Positions 1-10,921 of a stretch of 64,000 nt of DNA are shown here, piece by piece. Both the position numbers and the translations under genes were made by a program. Origin of the DNA: Bdellovibrionales bacterium (GTDB taxonomy: Bacteria; Bdellovibrionota; UBA1018; CAIMNF01); the NCBI GenBank assembly GCA_947502835.1, contig CANNBJ010000005.1, positions 40,429-104,428 on the forward strand. Reading direction: 5' to 3'. The notes beneath the pieces were generated by a model, which saw nothing but the letters and a program-made list of their open reading frames with translations, was not told the origin of the DNA and searched no databases. Each line of letters begins with the position of its first letter. The first letter of the stretch is position 1.

Positions 1-784
1 ACGGAATTCCCCTCAGGTATTCAGCCGCCTGGTCGTAAGAGTCTCCCTCGGGAAACAGGCGTTGGATTTCGATGAACTTGGAACGTGCCTCGTCATAGCG
101 CTTTTGCCGGATGAGGGTTTTCCCCAAGGCAATGTGGGCCTCGCTGATTCCGGAACAGGCCCCCTTGGTTGCCAAGGTAAGGTTTCGCGCAGCTTTCCCG
201 AGCTCGTTGCGTTCCAGCATGATCTTTCCGAGATAGAATTGCGCCATGCAGGTGACCGTCCCGCCCTCCGCAATCGCCTGGTTGAGCCACTTCTCCGATT
301 CCGGAAAATTCGACTTTTTGAAATACAGGATCCCGAGGTTGATTTTGGGAAGAACGCTCTCGCGATAGAGAATGTCAGCGGCGGCCGCCTTCAGGAGTGT
401 CTCGGACTCCTGAAGCTTTCCCTGGTCGAGCAGGACCTTCCCCAGAGTGTTTTTTGCAGCCGTGAATTTCGGATCGAGTCGGAGTGCAGTTCTGGCAGAG
501 GCTTCGGCAAGTGCGAGTTCATTCTTGCCAAGGTAGGCAAGGGCATACAGGTAGTGCTCCTGGGGAATCGAATCATCGAGCTCTTCGACCCGTTTCAGGG
601 CCTCCAGCGCGCTGATGTGATCCTTGTCGTTCACTGCGGCCGCCGCGATTTTCATCAAGCCGTCGATCTTTTCCTGTTTACTCAGGGTGCGGGGGGCGTT
701 CGGGGAGCTTGCGCACGCTGACATCAAAAGCAGGATGGCTGCGGGCATGAAGCGATTCAAACCCAGTTTTTGCCGAAAATTCAT
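1..784 (-). CDS. TPR-repeat lipoprotein, PilF/PilW-like (3' end runs to window edge)
   Basis: Not in ORF track because it has no stop in the window. Manual translation from ATG 784: MNFRQKLGLNRFMPAAILLLMSACASS (lipobox) ... AKNTLGKVLLDQGKLQESE ... AHIALGKTLIRQKRYDEARSKF, a TPR helix-pair pattern. Confidence 0.75.
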   Translation of the reverse strand, partial: MNFRQKLGLNRFMPAAILLLMSACASSPNAPRTLSKQEKIDGLMKIAAAAVNDKDHISALEALKRVEELDDSIPQEHYLYALAYLGKNELALAEASARTALRLDPKFTAAKNTLGKVLLDQGKLQESETLLKAAAADILYRESVLPKINLGILYFKKSNFPESEKWLNQAIAEGGTVTCMAQFYLGKIMLERNELGKAARNLTLATKGACSGISEAHIALGKTLIRQKRYDEARSKFIEIQRLFPEGDSYDQAAEYLRGIP

Positions 785-801
785 ACCGGCGACTCTACCG
801 C

Positions 802-1917
802 TTACCGGGAGAAAAGTGCAAGGGATTCAACATGGGGAGTTTGCGGGAAAAGGTCCAAAACGCCCATTCGAACCAGTCGGTACCCGTGTTTCAGGAACTG
901 GTTGGAATCCCGGATGAAGGAATCCACTTCACAGCCGACCAGGATCAGGGTTGAGATTTCGGTGTGTTTCAACTTTTCGCACAATGCGCGGGAATGGGGC
1001 CCCATTCCCTCCCGTGGCGGATCAAGAATCAGAGATACGGAGCCGCCGGAGATCTCGGAAGAAAGCGGGGACAGGACCCACTTCTCGATGGGTTGGCGGA
1101 TGAAGTGAAAGTGATCGGGGGTGCTCGCGGGACGCTCCTTCGGGGTGAAGAGATCAATGCATTCAACCCGTTTGAACCGGTTTGCGATTGGAAGACTCAG
1201 GTTCCCCGAGCCCCCATAGATGTCGAGCAGGGCGTCTGCATTTGAAATGTGGGAGGCGACCCACTGTTGAAGCTTGGCGTTCTGTGCATCGTTCACCTGG
1301 CGGAAACCGAAAGCCGCGTGGCGACGGTTCCATGCGGGGCGCACCGTTCCTTCTGGGGAAAGATCGAGTTCGAGCTTGAAATCGCCCCTGAAGTTCTGAA
1401 ACCCCTGCTCCCGAAGGTGAGGGAGTGTTTCGTTGATCCGGGAGTCTGCGATCGCACATTTTCCGATATCGACGATTTTTTTCGAGCCCGGCTCGAAGAA
1501 GCCCAGCACGCGGTCGTCGGTGTTTCCGTGAAGTTGGATCCGGTTGCGATAGTGATACGGGTGTTCGGCCGGGAGCTCGTCCACCGGAATCGAATCCGCT
1601 TGGATGCCCGCCCGTCCGAGGGCGTGCAGAAGTCCTTTTTTCTTGGTTTCGAATTGAAGCGGGTACGGGATGTGTTGCCAGCTGCACCCGCCGCACTTTG
1701 TGAATGCGGGGCATTCGGGATTTGCCCTGAGGGAGGATCTTCGGATCCACTCCAGTGCTTCGCCCTGGCAATAGTTCTTCTTTCGATCGATGATTCGCAC
1801 GCGAACCTGATCGCCGGGTGCCGAAAAGGGGACGAACACGATCTCGCCGGACTCGAGGCGCCCTACACCGGACCCTCCTCGGGAGAGGTCATGAATGTCG
1901 ATGATGAAATCTTCCAC
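802..1917 (-). CDS. rlmD: 23S rRNA m5U methyltransferase, RlmD/TrmA family with TRAM domain
   Basis: TRAM (IHDLSRGGSGVGR..FVPFSAPGD), CPAFTKCGGC Fe-S motif, YHYRNR, FRQVN, LDPPREG, DLFPQTPHVES. Probable GTG start at 1917; ORF extends to 1986. Confidence 0.85.
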   Translation of the reverse strand: MEDFIIDIHDLSRGGSGVGRLESGEIVFVPFSAPGDQVRVRIIDRKKNYCQGEALEWIRRSSLRANPECPAFTKCGGCSWQHIPYPLQFETKKKGLLHALGRAGIQADSIPVDELPAEHPYHYRNRIQLHGNTDDRVLGFFEPGSKKIVDIGKCAIADSRINETLPHLREQGFQNFRGDFKLELDLSPEGTVRPAWNRRHAAFGFRQVNDAQNAKLQQWVASHISNADALLDIYGGSGNLSLPIANRFKRVECIDLFTPKERPASTPDHFHFIRQPIEKWVLSPLSSEISGGSVSLILDPPREGMGPHSRALCEKLKHTEISTLILVGCEVDSFIRDSNQFLKHGYRLVRMGVLDLFPQTPHVESLALFSR

Positions 1918-1940
1918 GGGTGGGGTACCGGGGGTGCCGA

Positions 1941-2312
1941 TCAGTGGAGACAAAGGGATTCGTAGCGGAACTCGGGATGCACCCACCGTGTGCAGGTGCC
2001 GGATTCGCTTCTTTCATTGGAGGCGGCGATGTCGCGGCCGCTCAGTTCCCCGGAACGGACCACTGTGCCCTCATTGAAGTCCACGAAGGTGTTGCGTCCC
2101 TGATTTTCGGATTTTCGGAACTCGTAGATCCAGCGGTCAAAACTGTCCTGATGAATCACGGAGTCGGGATGTCCGAGGAGGGAGAGGACTCGCTGTTGGC
2201 TCATGCCCTTTTCGAGGCGGGCGAGGTTTTCCCGGTTCTCGGCCCCGAGGAAAGTCGAGCACGCGGAGAGCAGGGTTCCTGTCAAAAAAAGGACTGCAAG
2301 TTTCTGTTTCAT
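1941..2312 (-). CDS. bamE: Outer membrane protein assembly factor BamE/SmpA family lipoprotein
   Basis: Lipobox [27 protein letters not shown] is the SmpA/OmlA signature. Confidence 0.75.
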   Translation of the reverse strand: MKQKLAVLFLTGTLLSACSTFLGAENRENLARLEKGMSQQRVLSLLGHPDSVIHQDSFDRWIYEFRKSENQGRNTFVDFNEGTVVRSGELSGRDIAASNERSESGTCTRWVHPEFRYESLCLH

Positions 2313-2332
2313 GGAGTCACCATCCTTCTCTT

Positions 2333-2362
2333 ATTATACGGCTGCCGCAAAGCACATGTTAA
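2333..2362 (-). promoter_or_regulatory. Putative sigma70 promoter for bamE-rlmD
   Basis: TTAACA-N18-TATAAT on the minus strand, 20 nt upstream of the bamE ATG. Confidence 0.45.
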
Positions 2363-2505
2363 GGGAATTCGGCCGCTTCACGCCTTTTTTATATTTTTGC
2401 TATGTAAAAAATTCATTTCCCGGGGAATGGGGCCCTGCGCGAGGCGGACGATTTCGGGGGTGGCATTTGAATGCGCTTCCTGATAGTTTGCGGAAGAGCC
2501 ATCTC

Positions 2506-4302
2506 ATGTCAAAAAACATTCGAAATTTCTGCATTATCGCCCACATTGACCACGGCAAGTCCACGCTGGCGGACCGCCTTCTGGAAAAGACGGGCACCGT
2601 GACCGCTCGTGAGATGGAGGCGCAGTTCCTCGACAACATGGACCTGGAGCGTGAGCGGGGCATCACCATCAAGGCGCAGAGCGTCCGCCTCAAGTACAAG
2701 GCAAAAGACGGCAAAGAATACATTCTGAACCTGATCGACACCCCCGGGCATGTGGACTTCACCTACGAAGTTTCCCGCTCCCTTGCTGCCTGTGAGGGAG
2801 CCATTCTCGTGGTGGATGCAACCCAGGGCGTTGAAGCCCAGACCCTCGCCAACGTCTTCCTTGCCCTTGAGAACAATCTTGAGGTGTTTCCTGTCATCAA
2901 CAAGATTGATCTTCCTTCTGCGGACCCGGAAAAGGTGAAAAAAGAAGTCGAGGACACCATCGGTCTTGTGGATGTGTCCCGCTCGGTGCTCGCGAGTGCC
3001 AAGTCCGGAATCGGGATCGAGGATGTCCTGGAGGCAGTGGTGAAGTATGTGCCCCCGCCGCCGGATGATGATGCGGGAAAGATGCGCGCACTCATCTTCG
3101 ACAGCTGGTTTGATCCGTACCAAGGGGTGATTGCATTGATCCGTGTGTTCAACGGGGTGATCAAGCCCGGGATGAAGATCAAGCTGTTTCACGTGGGCAA
3201 GGAGTACGAGGTCCAGAAGATTGGGGTTTTTGCCCCGAAATACAAGGACGCTGAGCAGCTCGCAAGCGGCGAAGTGGGCGCAATCATTTGCGGCATCAAA
3301 GATGTGCGCGACATGAAGGTGGGCGATACCGTGATGTCGGCGCATGATCCGGTGGATCAGCCTTTGTCGGGTTTCTCCGAAGCAAAGCCCATGGTGTTTT
3401 GCGGCGTGTATCCGGTGGAATCCGAGAATTACCAGGACCTGAAAGAGGCCCTCGAAAAACTCAAGCTCAATGATTCCGCGATTGCGTTCGAGCCGGAAAC
3501 CTCGAATGCGCTCGGGTTCGGCTTTCGGTGCGGGTTCCTCGGTCTTCTGCACATGGACGTTGTGCAGGAGCGCCTTGAGCGCGAGTACGGGTTGAACATC
3601 ATCACCACGGCTCCTTCCGTGGTCTACCGGGTGACGAAGACCGATGGCGAAGTGATCATGGTCGAAAACCCCGCGAAACTTCCCGACCAAGTGAAGATTC
3701 TCACCATCGAAGAGCCCTACATCCGGCTCAGCATCCACATGCCGGCCGAGTATGTCGGCGTGGTCATGGCACTTTGCAATGATCGCCGGGGGATTCAGGA
3801 GAAGCTCGATTTCATCACGAGTGACCGGGTGACGCTGGTGTATCATTTGCCGCTGGCGGAGATGGTGTTTGATTTTTACGACAAGCTGAAGAGCTGCACC
3901 CGCGGGTATGCATCCATGGATTACGCTCTTCTTGATTATCGCGCATCAGAGCTTGTGAAAATGGACATTCTCATCAACAGCGATCCTGTGGATGCGCTTT
4001 CCCTCATCATTCACAAGGACAAGGCTCATGTGCGCGGGCGCGAGCTTGCGAAGAAAATGAAGGAATTGATTGAACGCCAGATGTTCGAGATTGCGATTCA
4101 GGCTGCGATCGGAGCGAAGATCGTCGCCCGCGAAACCATTTCGGCCTATCGGAAGAATGTGACTGCCAAGTGTTATGGTGGCGACATCTCCCGGAAGAGA
4201 AAACTCCTCGAAAAGCAAAAAGAGGGGAAGAAGCGAATGAAGCAGGTGGGTGCGGTGGAGATTCCTCAAGAGGCGTTCCTGGCGGTTCTCAAGGTGGATT
4301 GA
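2506..4302 (+). CDS. lepA: Elongation factor 4 (LepA)
   Basis: [37 protein letters not shown]-terminal [28 protein letters not shown] at 2506. Confidence 0.98.
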   Translation: MSKNIRNFCIIAHIDHGKSTLADRLLEKTGTVTAREMEAQFLDNMDLERERGITIKAQSVRLKYKAKDGKEYILNLIDTPGHVDFTYEVSRSLAACEGAILVVDATQGVEAQTLANVFLALENNLEVFPVINKIDLPSADPEKVKKEVEDTIGLVDVSRSVLASAKSGIGIEDVLEAVVKYVPPPPDDDAGKMRALIFDSWFDPYQGVIALIRVFNGVIKPGMKIKLFHVGKEYEVQKIGVFAPKYKDAEQLASGEVGAIICGIKDVRDMKVGDTVMSAHDPVDQPLSGFSEAKPMVFCGVYPVESENYQDLKEALEKLKLNDSAIAFEPETSNALGFGFRCGFLGLLHMDVVQERLEREYGLNIITTAPSVVYRVTKTDGEVIMVENPAKLPDQVKILTIEEPYIRLSIHMPAEYVGVVMALCNDRRGIQEKLDFITSDRVTLVYHLPLAEMVFDFYDKLKSCTRGYASMDYALLDYRASELVKMDILINSDPVDALSLIIHKDKAHVRGRELAKKMKELIERQMFEIAIQAAIGAKIVARETISAYRKNVTAKCYGGDISRKRKLLEKQKEGKKRMKQVGAVEIPQEAFLAVLKVD

Positions 4303-4305
4303 TCC

Positions 4306-5823
4306 ATGGCACGAACGTATTTGATCCCGTTCGTGCTCCTGTTTTTCCTGAAAACGGTTCTTGCTGCAGTATTCCCTGTTTTCGGGGATGAGGCCTACTA
4401 TGTTTATTGGGGCAGCAATCCTTCGGGAGGCTTCTATGATCTTCCCCCGATGATCGGATGGTGGCTTGCCCCGCTTCTCAAGGTCTCGGCCCATCCCCTC
4501 TGGATCCGCATGGGGAGTCTCCTTGCACCGGTTCTGATTTCGATTGGAATCCATGAGTGGCTCTTGAAGCCCAAGGGCCGGGAAATTTCATCCCTGGGAG
4601 CGCTCCTGTTTTTTGCGTTTCCGCTTCCGTTTCTGACGGTTCTCTCGTTCCCCGATGTACCCCTTCTGTTTTTCAGTTTCTTTTCGGCTCTTTTGTTTCA
4701 TGCGGGTGTCACCCGGCAGAAAAATTTTTTCAGTCCGATGCTGATGATGGCAGGGTCCCTCTTTGGGGCTGCGTTTCTTTCAAAATATTTCGCTGCATTC
4801 CTCCTTCCAGCGTTCGTTCTCTGGGCCTGGCCTCGGTCCGCGCACCGTGCGGGTTCCGTGCTCTCTTTTTTCGCCGGTGCCGCTCCCTTCCTGTTCCAAC
4901 ACATCCTTTGGAATGAGCGGAATTGTCGCGCGAATGCCATTTTCAATCTGGTGACGCGGCAACGCGTTTTTGAAGGTTCTCCGGTTGAAACCACGGGATT
5001 CCTTCTGCTGCATCTGGCTTTGGTTTCCTTCACGGTGCTTCCATTCCTCGAATGGCGCAAGGGCCGCGGAGGGGAGCGGAGTTCCGACCCGCAATCCTTT
5101 TTGTTTCTTCTGTGGTTTGTTCCCGTCCTCATTTTCCTGATCACCGCGGTTCTTGGTCGTGGCCAGGGGCTGCACTGGCTTTTGTTCCTGACTCCGTTTT
5201 TCTCTGCATGGGCGGCCTGCAAATTGGAAAGGGTCCGGCTCAGGCGTGCTTTTCTTTTGTCCGCGTTTGTTGCGGCGACCTTGGCCTCAGTGGTCAGTGT
5301 CTCCTTTTTGATGCCGGAGAGGTTTGTGCACCCGGAAGTGAAGCAAAGATTTGCATTTGAATTCGGGGTGATCACGGGCGCTCCGGAGTTCGTCCCTCAA
5401 ATCGAGGCTCAGACGGAGGGATCCTCCGCGCTGTTGTTTCAAAGTTATGGTCTGGCCTCGCTTGTCCATTACGAGTTTCTCCGCTTCGGAAACCCCGGAC
5501 GGACTCCCGCTTTCGGGGTCGCGATGAGCGGATCGAGGTTTGGGCGGGTGTTTGATTTCACGACCGACTGGGCGGAGTTGGAGGGGAAAACAGTCTCCAT
5601 CATCAAAACGGGTCATCCGGAATCCGCAAAGTTTGCACCTTATTTCAGGAGCGTCAAAGAGGGCCGGTCTTTCTTCAGGGGCGCGGCGTACTCGGTGCTC
5701 ACGGGCGAGGGATTTGATGCTCGCAAGTTCTGGGGGGAGCGGGTCCTGCCGGAGCTTGAGGAATTTTATCCCTCCGGTTTTGCCGGAGCCTGCCGATTGA
5801 AGGAGGTGTTCCGTGCCCCATGA
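4306..5823 (+). CDS. ArnT/GT39-like integral membrane glycosyltransferase (PMT_2 type)
   Basis: DEAYY..W, YDLPPMIGW, PDVPL, GAAFLSKY motifs; many TM helices. Confidence 0.8.
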   Translation: MARTYLIPFVLLFFLKTVLAAVFPVFGDEAYYVYWGSNPSGGFYDLPPMIGWWLAPLLKVSAHPLWIRMGSLLAPVLISIGIHEWLLKPKGREISSLGALLFFAFPLPFLTVLSFPDVPLLFFSFFSALLFHAGVTRQKNFFSPMLMMAGSLFGAAFLSKYFAAFLLPAFVLWAWPRSAHRAGSVLSFFAGAAPFLFQHILWNERNCRANAIFNLVTRQRVFEGSPVETTGFLLLHLALVSFTVLPFLEWRKGRGGERSSDPQSFLFLLWFVPVLIFLITAVLGRGQGLHWLLFLTPFFSAWAACKLERVRLRRAFLLSAFVAATLASVVSVSFLMPERFVHPEVKQRFAFEFGVITGAPEFVPQIEAQTEGSSALLFQSYGLASLVHYEFLRFGNPGRTPAFGVAMSGSRFGRVFDFTTDWAELEGKTVSIIKTGHPESAKFAPYFRSVKEGRSFFRGAAYSVLTGEGFDARKFWGERVLPELEEFYPSGFAGACRLKEVFRAP

Positions 5824-6565
5824 GTTGCTCCTGGTGTTCGCAGGTCTTGTGGCCGGGACCATCGACAGCATTGCTGGAGGAGGAGGCCTCATCACGCTTC
5901 CGGTATTGTCCACGGTGCTGGAGGCAGGGCCTCATGCCATTGGAACCAACAAGATTGTCGGCACCACGGGAGCGTTGATTGCGTTTCTGGTCTACCTGAG
6001 AAAGCAGCCATTGAATTTGCAACGGGGGCTGGCCTTTGTCATCGCCGTGGGGTTCGGAGCTCTTTTGGGCTCGTTGTGTTCTCCCCTCGTGCCCAAGATC
6101 TGGTTTCGCTACTTGCTTGTGGGCGCCTGTCCGCTTGTGCTTTGGGTAATCTGGAAGAAACAGGATTTCCTGAACGAACTCAAGGGCCACGCCAAGCGCA
6201 GCGTGTACGCGCTTGTGGTGGCAGGTGCCGCGGTCGGATTTTATGATGGTTTTTTCGGCCCCGGTGGGGGGACGTTCATGTTGATCGGATTGATTTGGGG
6301 AGTCAGGTTGCCCTTGTTCGAGGCGCTCATGCTCTCCAAGCTTGCCAATACACTTTCGGCCGGGGTGTCTCTGGTCTCGTACGGAGTTCAGGGGTATGTC
6401 CATCCGCGCTTCGGGATCATCATGGCAATCGGAATGGTTTCGGGCGGGTATCTGGGGGCCCAGCTCGCCTCCAAGAAGGCCGAAAAAGTGGTGCAGCCCG
6501 TGCTGGTGCTCGTGGTGTCCATCCTGATGGTGGTTCAGGTCTTCGAAGTCCTACATTCCCGTTGA
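5813..6565 (+). CDS. TSUP family (TauE/SafE) transporter
   Basis: AGTIDSIAGGGGLITLP, AIGTNK, GFYDGFFGPGGGTF. Confidence 0.92.
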   Translation: MPHELLLVFAGLVAGTIDSIAGGGGLITLPVLSTVLEAGPHAIGTNKIVGTTGALIAFLVYLRKQPLNLQRGLAFVIAVGFGALLGSLCSPLVPKIWFRYLLVGACPLVLWVIWKKQDFLNELKGHAKRSVYALVVAGAAVGFYDGFFGPGGGTFMLIGLIWGVRLPLFEALMLSKLANTLSAGVSLVSYGVQGYVHPRFGIIMAIGMVSGGYLGAQLASKKAEKVVQPVLVLVVSILMVVQVFEVLHSR

Positions 6566-6611
6566 GTTTCCGGCGTGAAAACGGTAGCTTCAAGCTCCGG
6601 GAGGTTTTCAG

Positions 6612-7547
6612 ATGTTCCCGGAACGCTTCAATGCAATACGCGGTCTTGATCCCGGGGTTCTCTGTTCCCTTTTGGCTCGTTCCTCCCGCATGAAATCCGA
6701 TCCGGGTTCTTTTTCCACGATCTTGAAAGGCAAGACGGTTCTTCAGTTTTTCGTCGAGAACTCAACACGCACCCGTCTTTCCTTTGAGTCCGCGACGCGA
6801 AGGCTCGGGGGAATGAGTCTTGCGTTCAGTCCATCGAGCTCGAGCCTCTCCAAAGGGGAAACCCTTGCAGATACCGTGAATGTGATTCGTCAATACGGGG
6901 TGGATGGAATCGTGGTTCGTCATCGCTCGATGGGCGCGCCCGATTTTCTGGCGGATGCAACAGGATTGCCGGTGATCAATGCGGGGGACGGGGCTCATGA
7001 GCACCCGACCCAAGCCTTGCTGGATGCGTTCACTCTTGGCGAATGCTGGGGTGTGGATTTCTCAAAAGCCGGAGCGTTTCGTAACCGGAAGATCATGATT
7101 TTGGGCGATCTCCGCCATTCGAGAGTCGCACGATCCAACATTCATCTTTTGACCGCGCTCGGGGCCGAGCTTCATCTTTGTGCGCCTGCAACCCTGGGCA
7201 TCCCTGATCTTGGATTGTTTCCACGGGTTCATGTCCATTCCTTCCCCGATGAGGGGATTCCCGAAATGGATGCAGTGATGACGCTTCGGCTGCAGACGGA
7301 AAGACAGAATCAAGGCGTGATTCCATCCCTCCCTGAATATCGCGAGTTCTGGGGGCTGACGGTTGAGCGCGCAAAACGAATGAAGACGGATTCGGTGATC
7401 CTTCACCCGGGGCCCGTGAATCGGGGAGTGGAGATCGATTCGGAAGTGGCCGACTCCGGGAGGTCCCTCATCTTGAAGCAAGTGGAGAACGGAATTTTTG
7501 CCCGCATGGCGGTGCTCGCCTCCGTGGTGGGAAGGATGGATTCATGA
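6612..7547 (+). CDS. pyrB: Aspartate carbamoyltransferase catalytic subunit
   Basis: ENSTRTRLSFE, INAGDGAHEHPTQALLD, RLQTER, HPGPVNRGVEI. Confidence 0.97.
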   Translation: MFPERFNAIRGLDPGVLCSLLARSSRMKSDPGSFSTILKGKTVLQFFVENSTRTRLSFESATRRLGGMSLAFSPSSSSLSKGETLADTVNVIRQYGVDGIVVRHRSMGAPDFLADATGLPVINAGDGAHEHPTQALLDAFTLGECWGVDFSKAGAFRNRKIMILGDLRHSRVARSNIHLLTALGAELHLCAPATLGIPDLGLFPRVHVHSFPDEGIPEMDAVMTLRLQTERQNQGVIPSLPEYREFWGLTVERAKRMKTDSVILHPGPVNRGVEIDSEVADSGRSLILKQVENGIFARMAVLASVVGRMDS

Positions 7548-8842
7548 TCCGGATCGAGAATGGATTCGTGGTGGACCCCTCTCAAGGAGTGGAGGGAGAC
7601 TTTGACCTTCTGATCGAAGCGGGCAGGATCAAGGCTTTGGATCGCCCGGGGAGTTTTGCCGGTCTCACTGTGTCGGAATCCTTTGATGCACGCGGCAAGG
7701 TGATTGTTCCCGGGCTCATTGATGTGCACGTGCACCTGCGGGAGCCCGGTTTTGAACACAAGGAAACGGTGGCAAGCGGAAGTCGTGCGGCGATTCTTGG
7801 CGGCTTCACAAGCATTGCACCGATGGCGAACACCAGCCCTGTGAATGACCATCCCCTGATCACCGAGGCGATCTTGCACAAGGCCCGCGCGGCGGGGCAG
7901 GCAAGGGTTTTCCCGATTGGTGCAGTCACGAAGGGGCAAAAGGGTGTTGAGCTTGCCGAGATCGGACTCATGGCCCGAGCCGGGATCCGTGCGATCAGTG
8001 ATGATGGAATGCCTGTGATGAATTCCGCGCTCATGAGGCGCGCGATGGAATATGCGCGGATGTTTGATCTTCCGGTGATCAGTCACGCCGAGGACTCGAA
8101 TCTCTCGGGGGGCGCTCCGATGACAGAGGGTGCCGTTTCCTCGCTTTTGGGAGTTTCGGGAAATCCAAACGCGTCCGAGGAAATCATGGTTGCCCGCGAG
8201 ATCGCGCTTTGTCGCTTGACGGGTGCCCGGGTGCATATCGCACATCTTTCAACCCGAGAGGGCCTCGAGATTGTAAAACGTGCAAAGGAGGCCGGCCTTC
8301 CGGTCACTGCGGAAGTGACCCCGCACCATCTTCTGTTGGACGAGGGCTCCTGGCTCACTGGAAGGCATTCCTGTGCCCACCATCAGGTTCGTGCGGACTA
8401 CAAGATGGCGCCTCCGCTTCGCTCGGAGCAGGATCGTGAGGCACTCCTTCATGCACTGAACTCGGGACTCATCGACATGGTCGCATCCGATCACGCACCT
8501 CACGGGTGTGTGGACAAGGAGACCGAAATCGAGATTGCTGCAAACGGGATTCTTGGCTTGCAAACCACGGTTCCACTGCTGCTGGGTTTGGTGAATGCGA
8601 AACGGATGAAACTTTCGCGCATGGTGGAATCCCTTGCGACGGCACCGGCGAAATTGCTCGGACTTCAGGGGTTGGGAACGCTCAAGATTGGATCGCATGC
8701 CGATCTTGCGGTGCTTGATTTGAACGAGTCCTGGACGCTCATGCCAGGCGACCTTGTGTCGAAGAGCGGAAACACCCCGTTTGCGGGACGCACCTTTCAG
8801 GGAAAAGTTCTGCGAACCATGGTGGAAGGAGAATGGAAATGA
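7544..8842 (+). CDS. pyrC: Dihydroorotase (type I)
   Basis: DVHVHLREPG, MANTSP, SHAED, VHIAH, KMAPPLR, ASDHAPH; overlaps pyrB stop (ATGA). Confidence 0.95.
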   Translation: MIRIENGFVVDPSQGVEGDFDLLIEAGRIKALDRPGSFAGLTVSESFDARGKVIVPGLIDVHVHLREPGFEHKETVASGSRAAILGGFTSIAPMANTSPVNDHPLITEAILHKARAAGQARVFPIGAVTKGQKGVELAEIGLMARAGIRAISDDGMPVMNSALMRRAMEYARMFDLPVISHAEDSNLSGGAPMTEGAVSSLLGVSGNPNASEEIMVAREIALCRLTGARVHIAHLSTREGLEIVKRAKEAGLPVTAEVTPHHLLLDEGSWLTGRHSCAHHQVRADYKMAPPLRSEQDREALLHALNSGLIDMVASDHAPHGCVDKETEIEIAANGILGLQTTVPLLLGLVNAKRMKLSRMVESLATAPAKLLGLQGLGTLKIGSHADLAVLDLNESWTLMPGDLVSKSGNTPFAGRTFQGKVLRTMVEGEWK

Positions 8843-9963
8843 AGGGAATGGTGGTCTTGCCCGGTGCAGGGGATGCGGATGATCTGATCTTCGAGGGGGA
8901 ATTGTTCGGCGCCGTTTCGCCAGAGACCGGGAAGAACGTGGTTTTCGGAGAGCTGGTCTTCAACACCTCAATGACGGGCTACCAGGAGATCCTGACCGAT
9001 CCCTCCTACGCAGGGCAAATGGTGTGCTTTACCGCGGCACACATCGGTAACACGGGCGCAAATCCCGAGGATCTTGAGAGTGATTCCATCCGTGCAGAGG
9101 GAGTGATTCTTTCTCATTATTCCCCAAGGCCCTCAAACCACAGGTCGGTGGAACCTCTTCATGAGTTCCTGATGAGGCAGGGAAAGATCGGCATTCATGG
9201 TGTCGATACGCGAAGGCTCACGCTTGTGCTTCGGGATCGGGGCGTCTCTGCCGGAATGATTTTGCCTGCAGCCATGCGAGAGCGGTTGCCCGAGATGAAA
9301 AAAGAACTTCGCGGGAAGAATTACGGGAGCTTCGACTGGATCAAGTCGGTCACCACCGCGACTCCCTATGTTTATCCTGCGAGTCGCGCAGGGGGAGTGT
9401 CGCGGTTCAAGGTCGTTGCCTATGACTATGGCATCAAGGGGCAGTTGCTCAGGGACTTGGCTGCACGCGGGTGCGATTTAACAGTGGTTCCGGCTGATTT
9501 TCCGGCAGAGGAAGTCGAGAAAATGAAACCCGACGGAGTGTTTCTTTCGAATGGTCCGGGCGATCCCGAGCTTGCAACCTATGCGGTGAGGAATGTGAAG
9601 GCACTTCTTGGTCGAACACCCATCTTCGGGGTGTGCATGGGACATCAGATCCTCTCGCTTGCGATGGGGGGAAAGACCTACAAATTGAAATTCGGCCATC
9701 GCGGCGGAAACCAACCCGTGAAGAATCTCGGACCCGGCACAGTCGAGATCAGTTCTCACAATCACGGATATGCAGTGGATCCGGAATCCCTCCCGGATAC
9801 GGTGAAGCTCACGCACGTCAACCTGAATGATGGCTGCTGTGAGGGCATTTCCGTTCCTTCTCTCAATGCATTCTCGGTGCAATACCATCCGGAAAGTTCC
9901 CCCGGACCGCATGATTCAGGATATCTGTTCGATCGTTTCATCGGAATGATGGAGCAGAACTGA
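8833..9963 (+). CDS. carA: Carbamoyl-phosphate synthase small subunit
   Basis: GELVFNTSMTGYQEILTDPSY, LSNGPGDP, GVCMGHQ, QYHPESSPGPHD. Confidence 0.97.
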   Translation: MEMKGMVVLPGAGDADDLIFEGELFGAVSPETGKNVVFGELVFNTSMTGYQEILTDPSYAGQMVCFTAAHIGNTGANPEDLESDSIRAEGVILSHYSPRPSNHRSVEPLHEFLMRQGKIGIHGVDTRRLTLVLRDRGVSAGMILPAAMRERLPEMKKELRGKNYGSFDWIKSVTTATPYVYPASRAGGVSRFKVVAYDYGIKGQLLRDLAARGCDLTVVPADFPAEEVEKMKPDGVFLSNGPGDPELATYAVRNVKALLGRTPIFGVCMGHQILSLAMGGKTYKLKFGHRGGNQPVKNLGPGTVEISSHNHGYAVDPESLPDTVKLTHVNLNDGCCEGISVPSLNAFSVQYHPESSPGPHDSGYLFDRFIGMMEQN

Positions 9964-10182
9964 ATGAATCACCAGTCCGTCGGCACGCTTCTTCTGGGCA
10001 TTGGTGCCCTTGCGGCCCTGGTCGGTGCGATCGTCTATTTTTTCGGGGACAAGCTCGGGTGGATCGGGCATCTGCCTGGCGACATCAGTTATCAGAATGG
10101 AAATTTCAGTTTTTATTTTCCGCTGACTACTCTCATTCTGGTGAATGCAATCATCTGGGTAGTCATCAAAATCTTCCGTTGA
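9964..10182 (+). CDS. DUF2905-like small membrane protein
   Basis: GHLPGDI..NFSFYFPLTT between two TM helices. Confidence 0.8.
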   Translation: MNHQSVGTLLLGIGALAALVGAIVYFFGDKLGWIGHLPGDISYQNGNFSFYFPLTTLILVNAIIWVVIKIFR

Positions 10183-10225
10183 TCTTTTCAACCCGGCCCC
10201 GTTCGAGAATCATTATGGAAGGCGG

Positions 10226-10921
10226 TCAGAATTTCGAGTTGAACACATAGATGTGTTTCACATCGATGTGGGAGAAGCGCTGGTGCTTCAGTTTCATCTG
10301 GGCAAGCTGAAGGATGAGTTTCAAGTGGCGCGATTTTTCCTGGAATCTGATTTTTTTGATTTCTCCCAGGATGAATGAGCGCATTTCAACGGGGTGAAAG
10401 CAGAACCCTTGGGTGAAGTGCCACTTGCCTCCATGGGGAAAGATCCGTCCCTCGAAAAGATCCCCCTTTGAGAATGCGATCTTCTTCATCGGATTGATCA
10501 CCACATGTTTTTTTCTCGAAAACAAATCCTGGATCACGAGATTCTTGTTTCCGAACCACGTGAACCCGCTGACCATGAACAGGGAGTGGATCGAATTGGA
10601 GAGATCCTCGAAGACGACGCGGTCTTCGGGGGTGAAGTTAGCCTGTTTTTGACGGACAAAATACCGGATCGGAGGGAGGTCCACTCCCGGGAGGTCCCGA
10701 TCGAAAAGGTACCAGTCCATGAAGAGATTCATTCTTTGTTCAAACTCGGCATCATCCTCGTGGACCACGCCTGCGCGATCAAAAAACTCCTCCTTGGCCC
10801 TGAAGACTTCAGGGTAGTAGTCACCTGTGGTGAATTCCCGGATTACCGGTTCGAGTTTTTTCTGCATCTCTTCCGTCATCCCCGTAGCATTCCCGAATTC
10901 GGGGGCCTCCGCAACCCGCAA
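10226..10921 (-). CDS. Conserved hypothetical cytoplasmic protein (likely start 10879)
   Basis: Clean ORF with motifs FMDWYLFDR, HSLF, GDLFEGR, FCFHP; no function recognised. Confidence 0.7.
   Translation of the reverse strand: MRVAEAPEFGNATGMTEEMQKKLEPVIREFTTGDYYPEVFRAKEEFFDRAGVVHEDDAEFEQRMNLFMDWYLFDRDLPGVDLPPIRYFVRQKQANFTPEDRVVFEDLSNSIHSLFMVSGFTWFGNKNLVIQDLFSRKKHVVINPMKKIAFSKGDLFEGRIFPHGGKWHFTQGFCFHPVEMRSFILGEIKKIRFQEKSRHLKLILQLAQMKLKHQRFSHIDVKHIYVFNSKF

Noticed and set aside
62..721. 219-aa plus-strand ORF
   Set aside because: Antisense shadow of the minus-strand TPR lipoprotein.
2509..3846. 445-aa minus-strand ORF inside lepA
   Set aside because: Antisense shadow of a highly conserved gene; no motifs or RBS.
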